Notes: generated by a model not told the origin, from the letters alone. A DNA stretch of 64,000 nt from Opitutales bacterium (GCA_965226885.1 CBDDEL010000012.1:377819-441818), one strand, 5' to 3'; counted from the stretch's first letter, positions 10,183 to 20,860 are shown. Translations and numbers: made by a program.

Positions 10183-10809
10183 ATGGCGCCCACCTCCAAC
10201 CACGACATTTACGGGCTCGTTCTGGCGGGAGGGCGCAGCGCCCGCATGGGCAAGGACAAGGCCGGGCTTCGCTATGGCGGGAGGACCCAACTGGAAAACG
10301 CCTTGGATCTTGCAAAAAATGTATGCGCCAAGGTTTTTCTTTCCCTGCGGAAGGGGCAGCCCGCGCCCATGGAGGCGGAAAATACGGAGGTCAACCTTAC
10401 CATTCTGCGAGACAGGTGGGAGAACATCGGCCCTCTCGGAGGCATTATAACCGCCCTCGAAAAGCACCCCGATCATCCCTGGCTGGGCATGGCCGTGGAC
10501 CTTCCTTTCCTTGACGCGAACACCTTGGCCCACTTGATTACAAACCGTAATCGCAAGCGGCCCTTCACCGCATACAGGAGCAACTTTGACGGCCTCCCGG
10601 AGCCTCTCTGTGCCCTCTACGAACCGATGGCTTTGTCGATATTGCACCAATTTTCCACAGAAAAACAGATGCATTGTCCGCGCAAGATAATGATGCGTTC
10701 CAATACCCGGCTGCTGGCGCTTCCCCATGAACGCGCCCTTGACAATATCAACACGCCTGACGATTACAGGGAGGCCTTGCAGATTCTAAAAACTTCCATC
10801 AAATCATGA
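10183..10809 (+). CDS. mobA: Molybdenum cofactor guanylyltransferase
   Basis: LAGGRSARMGKDKA, GPLGGI, EPLCALY and NINTPDD motifs. Confidence 0.9.
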   Translation: MAPTSNHDIYGLVLAGGRSARMGKDKAGLRYGGRTQLENALDLAKNVCAKVFLSLRKGQPAPMEAENTEVNLTILRDRWENIGPLGGIITALEKHPDHPWLGMAVDLPFLDANTLAHLITNRNRKRPFTAYRSNFDGLPEPLCALYEPMALSILHQFSTEKQMHCPRKIMMRSNTRLLALPHERALDNINTPDDYREALQILKTSIKS

Positions 10810-11060
10810 TTACAGAGCCAAAAAAGGTTTCCCTGCTGTATTTTGCCTTACTGCGTGAACAAAGAGGCCTTGACTCGGAGAATCGCGCCACCGAGGCAGC
10901 CACCACGGGCGAGCTTTATGATGATTTAAAAAAAGAATACGGTTTTTCTTTAGCCCGCGCGGATTTGCGCGTTTCTATAAATGGCGATTTCGTGGATTTC
11001 GACAGGCCCATTAATGAAGGTGACGAAATTGTATTCCTTCCGCCCGTGGCCGGGGGTTGA
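10806..11060 (+). CDS. moaD: Molybdopterin synthase sulfur carrier
   Basis: YFALLRE motif and C-terminal PPVAGG; 84 aa. Confidence 0.93.
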   Translation: MITEPKKVSLLYFALLREQRGLDSENRATEAATTGELYDDLKKEYGFSLARADLRVSINGDFVDFDRPINEGDEIVFLPPVAGG

Positions 11061-11104
11061 AGGGTTGATCTGAATACCTAGAAAATGAAAGAACTTCCTC
11101 AGCC

Positions 11105-12487
11105 ATGAATACAAGTCCGGGAAATGCCGTAACCATCCGTTTGAAACTCGACCATCGCGCCGGAGTGCTGGCCAGCGCAACAGCCGTAATTGGAAAATGC
11201 GGCGGAAATATCGGAGCCATCGACATCATACGAATTGAAGAGGGCAAAATCGTTCGCGATATCACCGTGGACACCTCGGGAGCCGAGCATAGCGAGGAGA
11301 TCGCCAAAGCCCTCAGCCAGGTCGAAGGACTGGAAGTAGTCCATGTCACGGACCGCACGTTTCTCATACATCTGGGGGGGAAAATTGAGGTTTGCAGCAA
11401 AATTCCCATTAAGACCCGGGACGAACTTTCGATGGCCTATACGCCCGGCGTGGCACGCGTTTGCATGGCCATCCACGAACAACCAGAAAAAGCCAGCAAT
11501 TTGACCATTAAAAAAAAAACCATTGCGGTGGTCAGCGATGCCACGGCCGTGCTCGGCCTGGGCGACATCGGCCCGCAGGCGGCCATGCCGGTGATGGAAG
11601 GCAAAGCCATGCTTTTCAAGGAATTCGGGGGCGTCGATGCTTTTCCCATCTGCCTGGATACTAAAGACCCGGATGAGATTGTGGAGACGGTAAAAAACAT
11701 CGCGCCGGGATTTGGGGGCATCAACCTGGAGGATATATCGGCCCCGCGCTGTTTTCAAATCGAACGACGCCTGATAAAAGAACTCGATATTCCGGTTTTC
11801 CATGATGATCAGCACGGGACTGCCGTGGTTATGATCGCCGCGCTCATTAATGCGCTCAAGGTGGTGCAAAAGAATATTGCAGACCTCCGGGTGGTAGTGG
11901 CAGGGATGGGCGCGGCCGGCATTGCCTGCACCGAAATAATGATGTCGCTGGGGGTCGAAAACATTATCGGATGCGACCGCAAAGGCGCCATTAACGCAGA
12001 TCGGACCGATTTGAATGAAGAAAAAAGGCGTATGGCGGAAATTACCAATCCCGGACGGGAGAAAGGGACCTTGCAGGAAGTGTTGCGCGGGGCGGACCTC
12101 TTTGTGGGCGTATCGGGCCCCGACCTTTTAACGGTCGAGGATGTCAAAACCATGAACCCCGACCCCATCCTCTTCGCCATGGCCAATCCAATGCCGGAAA
12201 TCGCCCCGGAGCTGGCGGAGCCGCATGTTTCTGTAATGGCTACCGGCCGGAGCGATTATCCCAATCAAATAAACAACGTTCTCTGTTTTCCGGGTATTTT
12301 TCGAGGCGTCCTCGACTGTCAAGCGACCAAGATCAACGAAGAGATGAAAATAGCCGCCGCCTATGCCATCGCCTCGGTTGTCAAAGATGAGAATCTTTCA
12401 CCCTACTACATCGTGCCCAGTGTATTCGATCGTACCGTGGCCAATGCCGCCGTAAAATCGGGATTGTCGCGCCGTGGCCACCAATGA
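11105..12487 (+). CDS. NAD(P)-dependent malic enzyme with N-terminal ACT domain
   Basis: AYTPGVA, VMEGKA, INLEDI, HDDQHGTA and ATGRSDYPNQINN motifs; ACT-like first ~75 aa. Confidence 0.93.
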   Translation: MNTSPGNAVTIRLKLDHRAGVLASATAVIGKCGGNIGAIDIIRIEEGKIVRDITVDTSGAEHSEEIAKALSQVEGLEVVHVTDRTFLIHLGGKIEVCSKIPIKTRDELSMAYTPGVARVCMAIHEQPEKASNLTIKKKTIAVVSDATAVLGLGDIGPQAAMPVMEGKAMLFKEFGGVDAFPICLDTKDPDEIVETVKNIAPGFGGINLEDISAPRCFQIERRLIKELDIPVFHDDQHGTAVVMIAALINALKVVQKNIADLRVVVAGMGAAGIACTEIMMSLGVENIIGCDRKGAINADRTDLNEEKRRMAEITNPGREKGTLQEVLRGADLFVGVSGPDLLTVEDVKTMNPDPILFAMANPMPEIAPELAEPHVSVMATGRSDYPNQINNVLCFPGIFRGVLDCQATKINEEMKIAAAYAIASVVKDENLSPYYIVPSVFDRTVANAAVKSGLSRRGHQ

Positions 12488-12952
12488 ACGAACCGCAGAA
12501 CCCAGGATATTCCCATCTTCACTTTATCCGAAGAACCGCTTGAGAATCTAGACCTGAAGGGCCCCCTTCACCGCCGGGACGCCGGTGGCTGCGTCGAATT
12601 TTCAGGAATGGTGAGGAAATTCAATCAAGGCAGAGCCGTTGCCAGTCTGGATTATCAAGCTTATGCCGGACTGGCGGAAAAAGAGGGCGCCCTCATCCTG
12701 AAGGAAGCCCGGGAAAAGTTCGACATACTGGACGCCCGCTGTTTTCACCGTAGCGGTCACCTGCAATTGGGAGATATGGCTGTGTGGGTTGGGGTGGCCT
12801 CCGTTCACCGCAAGGACGCCTTTGCCGCCTGCCAGTATATCATGGACGAACTGAAGCAGCGGCTCCCCATCTGGAAAAAAGAGCATTACAGCGACGGTGA
12901 TTCCGGTTGGATTCGCTCCGAAGTTCCGCCCAATAAATCCAGCAATCCATAG
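12484..12952 (+). pseudogene. moaE: Molybdopterin synthase catalytic subunit, frameshifted just after its ATG
   Basis: GGCVEFSGMVR, HRSGHL and LKQRLPIWKKE motifs. ATG 12484 is out of frame with the body; removing one copy of GAAC-GAAC (12486-12493) gives MNRRTQDIPIFTLSEEPL in frame. Confidence 0.75.
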
Positions 12953-12985
12953 CCTTATCAATTTCTAGAAACTATTATGACAAAT

Positions 12986-14316
12986 CACTAGTGTCCAGTT
13001 AAGCGGCCAGTCTAAAGTCGTATTTCGTTGATGATGTGTTTGTTGAGTAGCCACATGGATGTGACGCATTTGAAGTTAGCTGGCGCTTTCCGCACCCTTT
13101 TTGAGACTGGGCAGCATGAACGAAGGCCGCCTTGCATTCACGCAGGCGATGGATTTGCTCCATCGCGAACAGTTCGAACGCTGCGTTAGTCTTTATCCCA
13201 TGCCAAGAACCAGTCGTAGTTTCAGTGCCCGTGATCAGTTCTTGAGCATGGCCTTTGCGCAAATGACATTCCGTGAGAGTTTGCGTGACATCGAGGCGTG
13301 TCTGCGGGGAAGTCCTCACTTGTATGCGATGGGAATCCGGGGCAATGTGACACGCACGAACTTGGCCTACGCCAACGAGCATCGCAACTGGCGCCTTTAC
13401 GAAGCATTGGCTCAAGTGCTCATCGCCAAGGCGCGCCGTTTGTATGCCCAAGACGCGATTGGATTGAATGTAGACGAGATGGTTTATGCCCTGGATGCCT
13501 CGACCATAGACCTGTGCCTGTCGTTGTTTTCGTGGGCAACATTTCGCCGCACCAAGGCGGCCATCAAACTGCATACGATGATGGACTTGCGTGGCTCCAT
13601 CCCTATATTCATCAGTATTACAGACGCAAGCGTGCATGACGTGAACATCCTTGATGAACTGGCTTTTGAACCCGCAAGCATTTACGTAATGGATCGTGGT
13701 TACGTCGATTTTCAGCGGCTCTTTCGCATCCATTTGGCTGCTGCCTTCTTCGTCACCCGCGCCAAAAGCAATATGAGTTTTTACGTTAGTGCTTCCCAAC
13801 CCGTGGACCGATCCAGCGGAATCAGTTGCGACCAGATCATCGGATTGAAAGTCGCCAAAAGCAAAAGCCAATACCCCGGCAAGCTCCGGCGCATTCGCTA
13901 CCGCGATGGCGCAACTGGCCAGAGGCTGGTCTTCCTCACCAACAACTTCACCTTGCCCGCCTTGACTATCGCGGCCATTTACAAAAGCCGCTGGCGCATT
14001 GAGCTGTTCTGCTGGCGCATTGAGCTGTTCTTTAAGTGGATCAAGCAAAACCTCCGCATCAAGGCTTTCTACGGCACCACCGAAAACGCCGTGAAGACCC
14101 AAATTTGGGTAGCCATATGCGTTTATCTCATGGTCGCCTGTTTGAAAAAAGTGCATGGAGTCACTGAAAGTCTGAGTCGGATTCTGCAAGTTTTGAGTGT
14201 GAACGTCTTTCAAAAAGATCCTGTATATCAACTACTTGCAAAGTTCGAAACAAGAAAGCCAAACTTAGCATTACACAACCAGTTGATGCTCAAGGGCTTT
14301 TAACTGGACACTAGTG
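12986..14316 (+). mobile_element. IS4-family insertion sequence
   Basis: Perfect 17-bp IRs CACTAGTGTCCAGTTAA (12986-13002) and TTAACTGGACACTAGTG (14300-14316); 9-bp target duplication ATGACAAAT at 12977-12985 and 14317-14325. Confidence 0.95.
13116..14303 (+). CDS. IS4-family transposase carrying an in-frame 7-aa duplication in the YREK motif
   Basis: ESLRDIE, LDASTI, MDRGY and [25 protein letters not shown]. Confidence 0.92.
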   Translation: MNEGRLAFTQAMDLLHREQFERCVSLYPMPRTSRSFSARDQFLSMAFAQMTFRESLRDIEACLRGSPHLYAMGIRGNVTRTNLAYANEHRNWRLYEALAQVLIAKARRLYAQDAIGLNVDEMVYALDASTIDLCLSLFSWATFRRTKAAIKLHTMMDLRGSIPIFISITDASVHDVNILDELAFEPASIYVMDRGYVDFQRLFRIHLAAAFFVTRAKSNMSFYVSASQPVDRSSGISCDQIIGLKVAKSKSQYPGKLRRIRYRDGATGQRLVFLTNNFTLPALTIAAIYKSRWRIELFCWRIELFFKWIKQNLRIKAFYGTTENAVKTQIWVAICVYLMVACLKKVHGVTESLSRILQVLSVNVFQKDPVYQLLAKFETRKPNLALHNQLMLKGF

Positions 14317-15819
14317 ATGACAAATGAAAAATCCGATATAGGACTCATTGGCCTGGCCGTGATGGGTCAAAACCTCGCTCTTAACATTGCCGATCACGGT
14401 TTCCGGATTTCGGTCTATAACCGGACGACTTCGAAAACCGAAACCTTTGTGGCCGCCAATCCCGATACTCCCGGCGGCATTGAGGGGACGGATACGCTTG
14501 AGGGTTTTGTCCAGTCTCTGGCCCAACCGCGAAAAATCATCATGCTTGTGCAGGCCGGAAAAGCCACCGACGCGGTAATTGAGGGGCTCGTTCCGCTGCT
14601 TGATCCAGACGACATCGTGATTGATGGCGGTAACTCCCAGTGGACCGACACCATTCGCCGGGAAAAGGAATTGCGCGAAAAGGGCCTCCGTTTTGTCGGA
14701 TCGGGAGTATCCGGGGGCGAAGAAGGCGCCCGCTACGGTCCCTCACTCATGCCCGGCGGGGCGGTGGAAGCCTGGAATGAAATAAAACCCATCTGGCTGG
14801 CCATGGCGGCAAAAGTCGATGCCACCACCGGCAAACAGTTGGAGGGGGCGGAACCGGGCAAACCGATTGATGGCGGGGTAGCCTGCGCCGCCCATATCGG
14901 CCCCGATGGAGCGGGTCATTATGTTAAAATGATCCACAACGGTATCGAATACGGCGACATGCAGATGATCTGCGAAGTCTATCACCTCATGGACGGGCTT
15001 TTAGGCATGGAAGCAGCGGAAATCGGCCAGGTGTTTGCCCGTTGGAACGAGGGGCTCCTTGATTCCTATCTCATTGAAATAACGGCCGATATTTTGCAGC
15101 AGACGGACCCCGTTACGGGTGGCCCGTTGGTCGATATCGTTCTCGATGCGGCCGGGCAAAAGGGCACCGGCAAGTGGACCAGCATCAATGCGCTCGATAT
15201 GGGCATTTGCGCACCCACTATCTCGGAGGCGGTTTTTGCCCGCTGCCTGAGCGCGATCAAAGAAGAGCGAGTGGCCGCCAGCACGCTTTTAAAGGGGCCA
15301 TCCTGTGAATTTACGGAGAACAAGGATGAATTTATCCAAATCCTGCACGACGCTCTCTATTGCTCTAAAATCTGTTCCTACTCCCAAGGGTTTCAATTGA
15401 TGGGGGAGGCGCAAAAGGAATATAATTGGACACTGGATTTCGGCCAAATTGCCCAAATCTGGCGAGGCGGCTGCATCATCCGGGCGGCCTTTTTGCAAAA
15501 AATCACGGAGGCTTACGGGCGCGACCCATCATTGGCCAATTTGCTGCTCGATCCTTATTTTATAGACGCCATCGAAAATGCCCAGTCGAATTGGCGTAGG
15601 GCGGTCTCGGCCGCTATCAGCCACGGCATTCCCACACCCACGCTTTCTTCCTCATTGGCTTATTACGATGGCTATCGTAGCGCCCGCCTGCCACAAAATC
15701 TTTTGCAGGGGCAGCGGGATTATTTCGGCGCCCACAGCTATGAGCGCACGGATCATCCGCGCGGAGAGTTTTTCCATATCGATTGGCCCCACCCGAATCG
15801 GCCGCAATCCGCGGTTTGA
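14317..15819 (+). CDS. gnd: 6-phosphogluconate dehydrogenase, decarboxylating
   Basis: [46 protein letters not shown] and QRDYFGAH motifs. Confidence 0.98.
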   Translation: MTNEKSDIGLIGLAVMGQNLALNIADHGFRISVYNRTTSKTETFVAANPDTPGGIEGTDTLEGFVQSLAQPRKIIMLVQAGKATDAVIEGLVPLLDPDDIVIDGGNSQWTDTIRREKELREKGLRFVGSGVSGGEEGARYGPSLMPGGAVEAWNEIKPIWLAMAAKVDATTGKQLEGAEPGKPIDGGVACAAHIGPDGAGHYVKMIHNGIEYGDMQMICEVYHLMDGLLGMEAAEIGQVFARWNEGLLDSYLIEITADILQQTDPVTGGPLVDIVLDAAGQKGTGKWTSINALDMGICAPTISEAVFARCLSAIKEERVAASTLLKGPSCEFTENKDEFIQILHDALYCSKICSYSQGFQLMGEAQKEYNWTLDFGQIAQIWRGGCIIRAAFLQKITEAYGRDPSLANLLLDPYFIDAIENAQSNWRRAVSAAISHGIPTPTLSSSLAYYDGYRSARLPQNLLQGQRDYFGAHSYERTDHPRGEFFHIDWPHPNRPQSAV

Positions 15820-15849
15820 AAAGGAATGGGGGCGTCCGCCCTCCCCTGC

Positions 15850-17553
15850 TCAAGCCAGCTGCAAAGTAGCCAACTGCACTTCCTGCTCCAGTTTGGCCGC
15901 TTGCTCTATAAGCTCATCGGCAAATTCTTCCTCGCTCTCTCCCGTGTGTAAATATTTCCTCAGAATTTTCCACCCGGGCTGCACCAGAATTTCATTGTTG
16001 TCTTCAAGCAAAGAGGAACCGCTGCAGCCGACGCCTACTTTTTTGCACAGAAAATTGGCCACATTAACAATGGCGGTCAATTCGACATCGGAGAGGGCTT
16101 TTTCCGGAAACCGGTGAAAACGGACGGCTGTCTTGACTGCGCCGGGAAGTCTTTGTTTTTCTATAAAAGCGGCTCCGGCTTCTTCATGCGTCATCGAAAA
16201 ACAACTATATTCGGCTTCGGTCAGGAGTATTTTTTCCTGCCGGGATCTGGCCAGCACGGCGTTGTATTCTTTGGGAAATAGATGGGCCAGGACGGTTTTG
16301 CCGACATCGTGGAGCAAACCTGCCATATAAACTTCGGGGTAGTGGGGCAGGTCAAGCAGGTCGTTCACCCGCTGGCAAAGGCGCGCCGTTCCGACCTGAT
16401 GGGCCCAAAAACCCTGTCCATCGATAGACATGAAAAGTTTTTCAAAGGGTGTGATATTTCTGGTTTTGAGGAGTATATTTTCCAGGTTTCCGATGCCAAT
16501 TAACTGAAGGGCTGATGAGATGTCGTTGACCGAACTTTTGGAGGCAACATAGGTGGAATTGGCTATCGACAGAATTTGCAGGCAAAGCCCCGGCTCCATT
16601 TTCAAGTAGTCCACGGCATCGTCCAGTCCGAGATGCCCTCTGCTTGTCGCGTCCCGAATGAAGGACAAGACCGGCTCCATCACCGGCAGGTGGTTTAACC
16701 GCGATATGGCCTGGAAAATTTCCGTTCCACTCTGGTCCAACACAATACTTTTGGCAACCGGCCTTTTTTGGATGGATGGCGGAGCTACCGCTTCCGATTG
16801 TTTAGGGGCAGACTGTGGCGAAAAAGGCGGCTTTGCTCCAAGACTTCCCTTTCCGATCAGCATTACCAGCAAGTTCCTCAGAATTTCGATTCGCGAAAGA
16901 TAATGAGCCGCTTGCTCTCTGGTGGCTGCCCGATTGGACATGGCAAATTCGACAATCAGGTCATTCATCACGGAAATCCCGGTTTCCTTGGCTAAAAAGC
17001 CGAGAATTCGCACCGCGGTATTGACCTGCTTAAAATTTTCGTTCTTGAGGGTCGCGGACAATTTTGGCAAAAACCAGTTCAACGCGGTTAACGTTTCCCG
17101 GTATCTTTTAAGGGGAATGCCAGAAGAAATATTGGTCGATGCATGCAGTTTGTTCAGGTTGGGACAAAGTTTTGCCCTCCAGTTGTTTTGCTCGATCGCC
17201 TTTGCCGCCGAAGCGACAATTTTTCCCTCCAGATTGGATTGGACAAGGTAATTTTGAACTCCCAGGCGTAGAAACCCGATCACCGTTTCCCGCTCTGTGC
17301 GCTCGCTGATAATGATAACCGGAATCTTTTTGAAAACTGGGTCCTGGCGGATATTTCTTAACAGCAGGTAGTTATCTTCCGCCCCCGCAAAGTCCGCCAG
17401 GACAATAAGATCGATCAGGATTTCCTTATCCAGAAGGTTTGCCGCGGAGCTGATGTCGTGGGCCGTGAAGACTTCGTAAGCCGCTTTCTCCAGGATGCGC
17501 TCAAGGCGTTCGAGGAACGCTCCAGGCTGTCCCGCTGCCAATATTTTTCCCAT
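15850..17553 (-). CDS. REC-like + HDOD domain signalling protein
   Basis: N-terminal receiver-like region (KIPVIIIS); C-terminal HDOD domain (ILSIANS, FWAHQV, GLLHDVGK, THEEAG). Confidence 0.8.
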   Translation of the reverse strand: MGKILAAGQPGAFLERLERILEKAAYEVFTAHDISSAANLLDKEILIDLIVLADFAGAEDNYLLLRNIRQDPVFKKIPVIIISERTERETVIGFLRLGVQNYLVQSNLEGKIVASAAKAIEQNNWRAKLCPNLNKLHASTNISSGIPLKRYRETLTALNWFLPKLSATLKNENFKQVNTAVRILGFLAKETGISVMNDLIVEFAMSNRAATREQAAHYLSRIEILRNLLVMLIGKGSLGAKPPFSPQSAPKQSEAVAPPSIQKRPVAKSIVLDQSGTEIFQAISRLNHLPVMEPVLSFIRDATSRGHLGLDDAVDYLKMEPGLCLQILSIANSTYVASKSSVNDISSALQLIGIGNLENILLKTRNITPFEKLFMSIDGQGFWAHQVGTARLCQRVNDLLDLPHYPEVYMAGLLHDVGKTVLAHLFPKEYNAVLARSRQEKILLTEAEYSCFSMTHEEAGAAFIEKQRLPGAVKTAVRFHRFPEKALSDVELTAIVNVANFLCKKVGVGCSGSSLLEDNNEILVQPGWKILRKYLHTGESEEEFADELIEQAAKLEQEVQLATLQLA

Positions 17554-17725
17554 TGTGACGACAACGAATTTAAAATGGAGTTCTCTCTGGAGTCATGGAA
17601 CGGTTTATCTAAACCGGAGGCCGGTAAAGCGTTGCCTCATGTCGCTAGTTGAAGGGTTGGTTTTCCGTCAATTGATTGAGGATTTCCAAATCGGCTGCAC
17701 AGAGTTCTTTGCCTCCCTCTCCTAA

Positions 17726-19292
17726 CCCGGATATTTCATGAAGGGTAAAGTTTGGCTCGTTATTGCTATTGGAGATGGATTTCTTTGTATTTTGGGCGGA
17801 TCGTCTTGATTTTGAGGTGTTTTTCAGGGTGTAGAGACACTTCCCCCTTTCCCCCATTGGTTCGGTAGCGCCGGGGGCAGCGCCAATGCGCCCTTTAGGT
17901 TGGCACCAACCGGCGGGCCGCATGGTTGAAAAGACTGGCCCATGGATAACTTTCACTTAGATGAAAGTGAATCGTTCGGGTGTTGCGCACGATGACCGCT
18001 CCGATCTTGATTAATTTTAGCCGTAGACTGTGGCATTGGAGCCGCGCCCACTTCGTCCCTTTTAATGCGAACCGGCGCAAGGCTTCCATCAAGGTGTAGG
18101 CCAGCCCCGACAAGAGCAATCGCCACTGGTTGGCCCACCATTTATGCGCGCTGGTGCGTTCGCTGAACAATTGCATCTGTTCCTTGATCCGGTTCTCCAT
18201 CTCACCGCGGCCACAGTATACTTTGTCGTAAAGCTCTTGGGGATCGCCCTGCAGGTTCGTCACCACGAAGCGCGGGTTGGACCCCTGTGCGGTGTGTTCG
18301 GCTTTGTGGATGATAAGGCGTTGGCGCCGCCACGATTTTGCCCCATACTCGAAGTGCTGAAACAGCCGTTGCTTTTTGCCGCTACCCTCGAACCATTGTT
18401 TGGCTTGCTCCTGCAACTGCCGGGCCGCTTGCTGCAAGCGTGCATGGCGGGCCGTTCCCACTATAAAATAAACCTCGTTGCGCTCGCACCACGAGAGAAT
18501 CCGATCCCGGCAGAATCCGCTGTCGGCACGCCAAATAATCCGCGTATGGGGCCAGCTTTGGCGAATCCGTTTAACCAGCAATTTGAGGATGGCCCCGGCA
18601 TGCTTGCTCGCATCGATCTTGCTGGGCCGCAGGTAGGCCACCAGAAGCTGATCGCCGCAAAAAACATACAGCGGCAAAAAACAGTAATGATCATAATAAC
18701 CGTGGAAAAAACGTCCCTCCTGGAGCCCGTGCACCGGATTGTCGGTGGCGTCAAAGTCCAGGATGATCTCTTCGGGTTCCTCGGCAAAGGATCCGATGAA
18801 CTGTTCGACCAGCAACTCGTTCAGGGCAAAGGCTGCCCGCCGATCCTGCCCGTTTTCAAAACGACACAAAGTCGGCGCGCTGGCCAACGCTTCAGTGCGC
18901 CCCGTTACCGTTTGCAACAAAGGATCGCGGCGCAGGGTGTCAAAGTCGTTCAAATCCTCATAGCCCGCCCCCAGCCCGTAAACGCGCTGCCGGATCATGG
19001 CCAGCATCTCATGGCGCACTTTGCCCTTCTGCCGTTTGTCTACTAATTGCCGGGCCGCTTGCTCGGTCAAGCCCAACCGCCGATCCACTTCCCGGATCAA
19101 AAGCAGCCCGGCATCCGAAGTAACCTCACCGCCCTTAAAATCAACCCGCACACGGCGGCCTTTTACCCTTGTCAACTGTAGTTCTAATTGTTTACTTTTT
19201 GTCATCGCTGATATTGCTTTAATGTTTAATCTATCCTGCTGTATATCAGCAGATAAGCATATCAGCGATACTTTTTTTATGAAATTTCCGGG
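17726..19292 (-). mobile_element. IS1380-family insertion sequence
   Basis: Imperfect IRs CCCGGATATTTCAT (17726-17739) and ATGAAATTTCCGGG (19279-19292); 4-bp target duplication CTAA at 17722-17725 and 19293-19296. Confidence 0.92.
17895..19205 (-). CDS. IS1380-family transposase
   Basis: FKGGEVTSDAGLLL, GYEDLND, LDFDATD, FFHGYY, RADSGF and RGEMENRIKE motifs. Confidence 0.95.
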   Translation of the reverse strand: MTKSKQLELQLTRVKGRRVRVDFKGGEVTSDAGLLLIREVDRRLGLTEQAARQLVDKRQKGKVRHEMLAMIRQRVYGLGAGYEDLNDFDTLRRDPLLQTVTGRTEALASAPTLCRFENGQDRRAAFALNELLVEQFIGSFAEEPEEIILDFDATDNPVHGLQEGRFFHGYYDHYCFLPLYVFCGDQLLVAYLRPSKIDASKHAGAILKLLVKRIRQSWPHTRIIWRADSGFCRDRILSWCERNEVYFIVGTARHARLQQAARQLQEQAKQWFEGSGKKQRLFQHFEYGAKSWRRQRLIIHKAEHTAQGSNPRFVVTNLQGDPQELYDKVYCGRGEMENRIKEQMQLFSERTSAHKWWANQWRLLLSGLAYTLMEALRRFALKGTKWARLQCHSLRLKLIKIGAVIVRNTRTIHFHLSESYPWASLFNHAARRLVPT

Positions 19293-19884
19293 CTAAACCT
19301 CCACCGCCATCTCCATCGCTGTTTTCGATCAAGGATTTCACAGTATCGCTGAAATACTTTCCTCCCTTGAGGATGGTTTCGAGGGCTTCGTTAAACTCCT
19401 TCAAGCCAGCTATTTTATCAATGAAACCGTCTGCCCCGGCATCGCAAGCCTGGCGCAGCAGGCTGGGCGTATAAGCTGAGGAAAAGACCAGCACTTTTAT
19501 CCCGGCGTTCTCCTTGCGCAGCGTTTTGAGGACCTCGATTCCATTGAGACCCGGCAAATGCAAGTCCAGAATGACCAAGTCGGGCTTCCTCGCGGCGCAT
19601 TGCGACAAAGCCTCAATACCATCCGTGCAAGCCCCAGCGATTTCAAACCAGGGATTGGATTCAATATAGTCGGTAATGAAATTAAGAAGGAGCGTCTCGT
19701 CCTCCACTATTAAAATTTTTTTTCTCATTAAATTACTTTCCCTCGAAATCGATTTCACCCAACATTTATCGGACAGACGCATCTAAAACTTAAACGACAG
19801 CGAGCGGACGCGGCCTGCATTCCCATGCAATCGTGCTGGCGCAACGGAAAATCCCTCAAGTTCCGGACCGTTTTGGGTAATGCC

Positions 19885-20622
19885 CTAAATTGAGAGGGCG
19901 TACTGGAGGATACCCAACGCTACCGTGACGGCTGTTTCCACTCGCAATACGTTTGGCCCGAGAGAAACCGGTTTAAAGCCGTGTTCATAGGCGATGGCAT
20001 ACTCTTCGCCGGTTAGATCGCCTTCCGGGCCGATGAGCCAGATGGCCTCCGTGGGCAAGGGTTTATCAAGAATCAGTTGACGGGCCGGCTCTTTTGAGTC
20101 CAGCGAGGCCAACAGTTTCAGAGTATGCGGGGACGGGCTTGAGCAGAATTCGGCCAGGGGCATCGGAGGATTGATTCGCGGAAGGAAAGGATTGCCCGAC
20201 TGTTTACAGGCTTCGATGGCGATTTTGCGCCAACGGGAAAGTTTGAATTCGCGACGGGAGGGGTTGACGCCGGCTTCGCAATGGTCGGTTGCCAGTGGCT
20301 GAATGCGCCACGTTCCCAATTCGGAGGCTTTCTGCACGATTCGCTCCATAACCTTGCCCTTGGGTAGGGCCTGGGCCAGGGTCACAGTGCAAGGCGGGGG
20401 CACGGCTCTGCGGTGGCTGAGAACAGCCAGGCGGGCAATCTTATGGTCGGTTCCGGCCAGGCGGCACTGCCATTGATTGCCCTCGCCGTCAAAAACCACC
20501 AACTCTTCACCGATTCGGGCCCTGCGCACCTTCAAAAGGTGGCGGCTTTCCGAGTCGTCCAACCGGATTTGTTGGCCGTCAAAATCCTCGGCGGGCGAAA
20601 AATAACAACGAATTCCCGGCAT
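19885..20622 (-). CDS. rsmE: 16S rRNA m3U1498 methyltransferase RsmE
   Basis: HLLKVRR, KASELG, EACKQS, IGPEGD and LGPNVLRVETA motifs. Confidence 0.92.
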   Translation of the reverse strand: MPGIRCYFSPAEDFDGQQIRLDDSESRHLLKVRRARIGEELVVFDGEGNQWQCRLAGTDHKIARLAVLSHRRAVPPPCTVTLAQALPKGKVMERIVQKASELGTWRIQPLATDHCEAGVNPSRREFKLSRWRKIAIEACKQSGNPFLPRINPPMPLAEFCSSPSPHTLKLLASLDSKEPARQLILDKPLPTEAIWLIGPEGDLTGEEYAIAYEHGFKPVSLGPNVLRVETAVTVALGILQYALSI

Positions 20623-20794
20623 GGGCGTAAACAAACAATAAAGTTTAATACTACACAATAAAGTTTAATACCCGCGGTCTTGAAAAGGACAGTGAACGGA
20701 GTATCCCCATATCCAAGGCGGTTCAGGTGAGCTTCGGTCATGCCCTAGCAAGGGACGCGGGGCAATTGTATAGTTGACTGTTTGTAGTCATGAG

Positions 20795-20857
20795 CTTTCT
20801 GGCAATTTCTCCGGAAAGACTCTCACTAACAACGGTCGTGTTTTTGGCAGTCAGATC
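20795..20857 (-). mobile_element. Solo IS3-family left-end remnant
   Basis: CTTTCTGGCAATTTCTCCGGAAAGACTCTCACT...CAGATC aligns without gaps to 27633-27695, the left end of the second IS3 element. Confidence 0.75.
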
Positions 20858-20860
20858 CGT

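Larger units (their letters stand above)
17645..19728 (-). pseudogene. NarL-like response regulator interrupted by IS1380
   Basis: REC domain from 19728 (VEDE, ILDLHLPGLNG, GADGFIDK). Removing the IS rejoins ...GGGL to GEGGKELCAADLEILNQLTENQPFN* (17725-17645) in frame. Confidence 0.8.

Noticed and set aside
12999..14231. 410-aa ORF antisense to the IS4 transposase
   Set aside because: It overlaps almost all of a well-supported transposase on the opposite strand and has no recognisable motifs; treated as a shadow ORF.
18144..19046. 300-aa ORF antisense to the IS1380 transposase
   Set aside because: Shadow ORF with no independent evidence.
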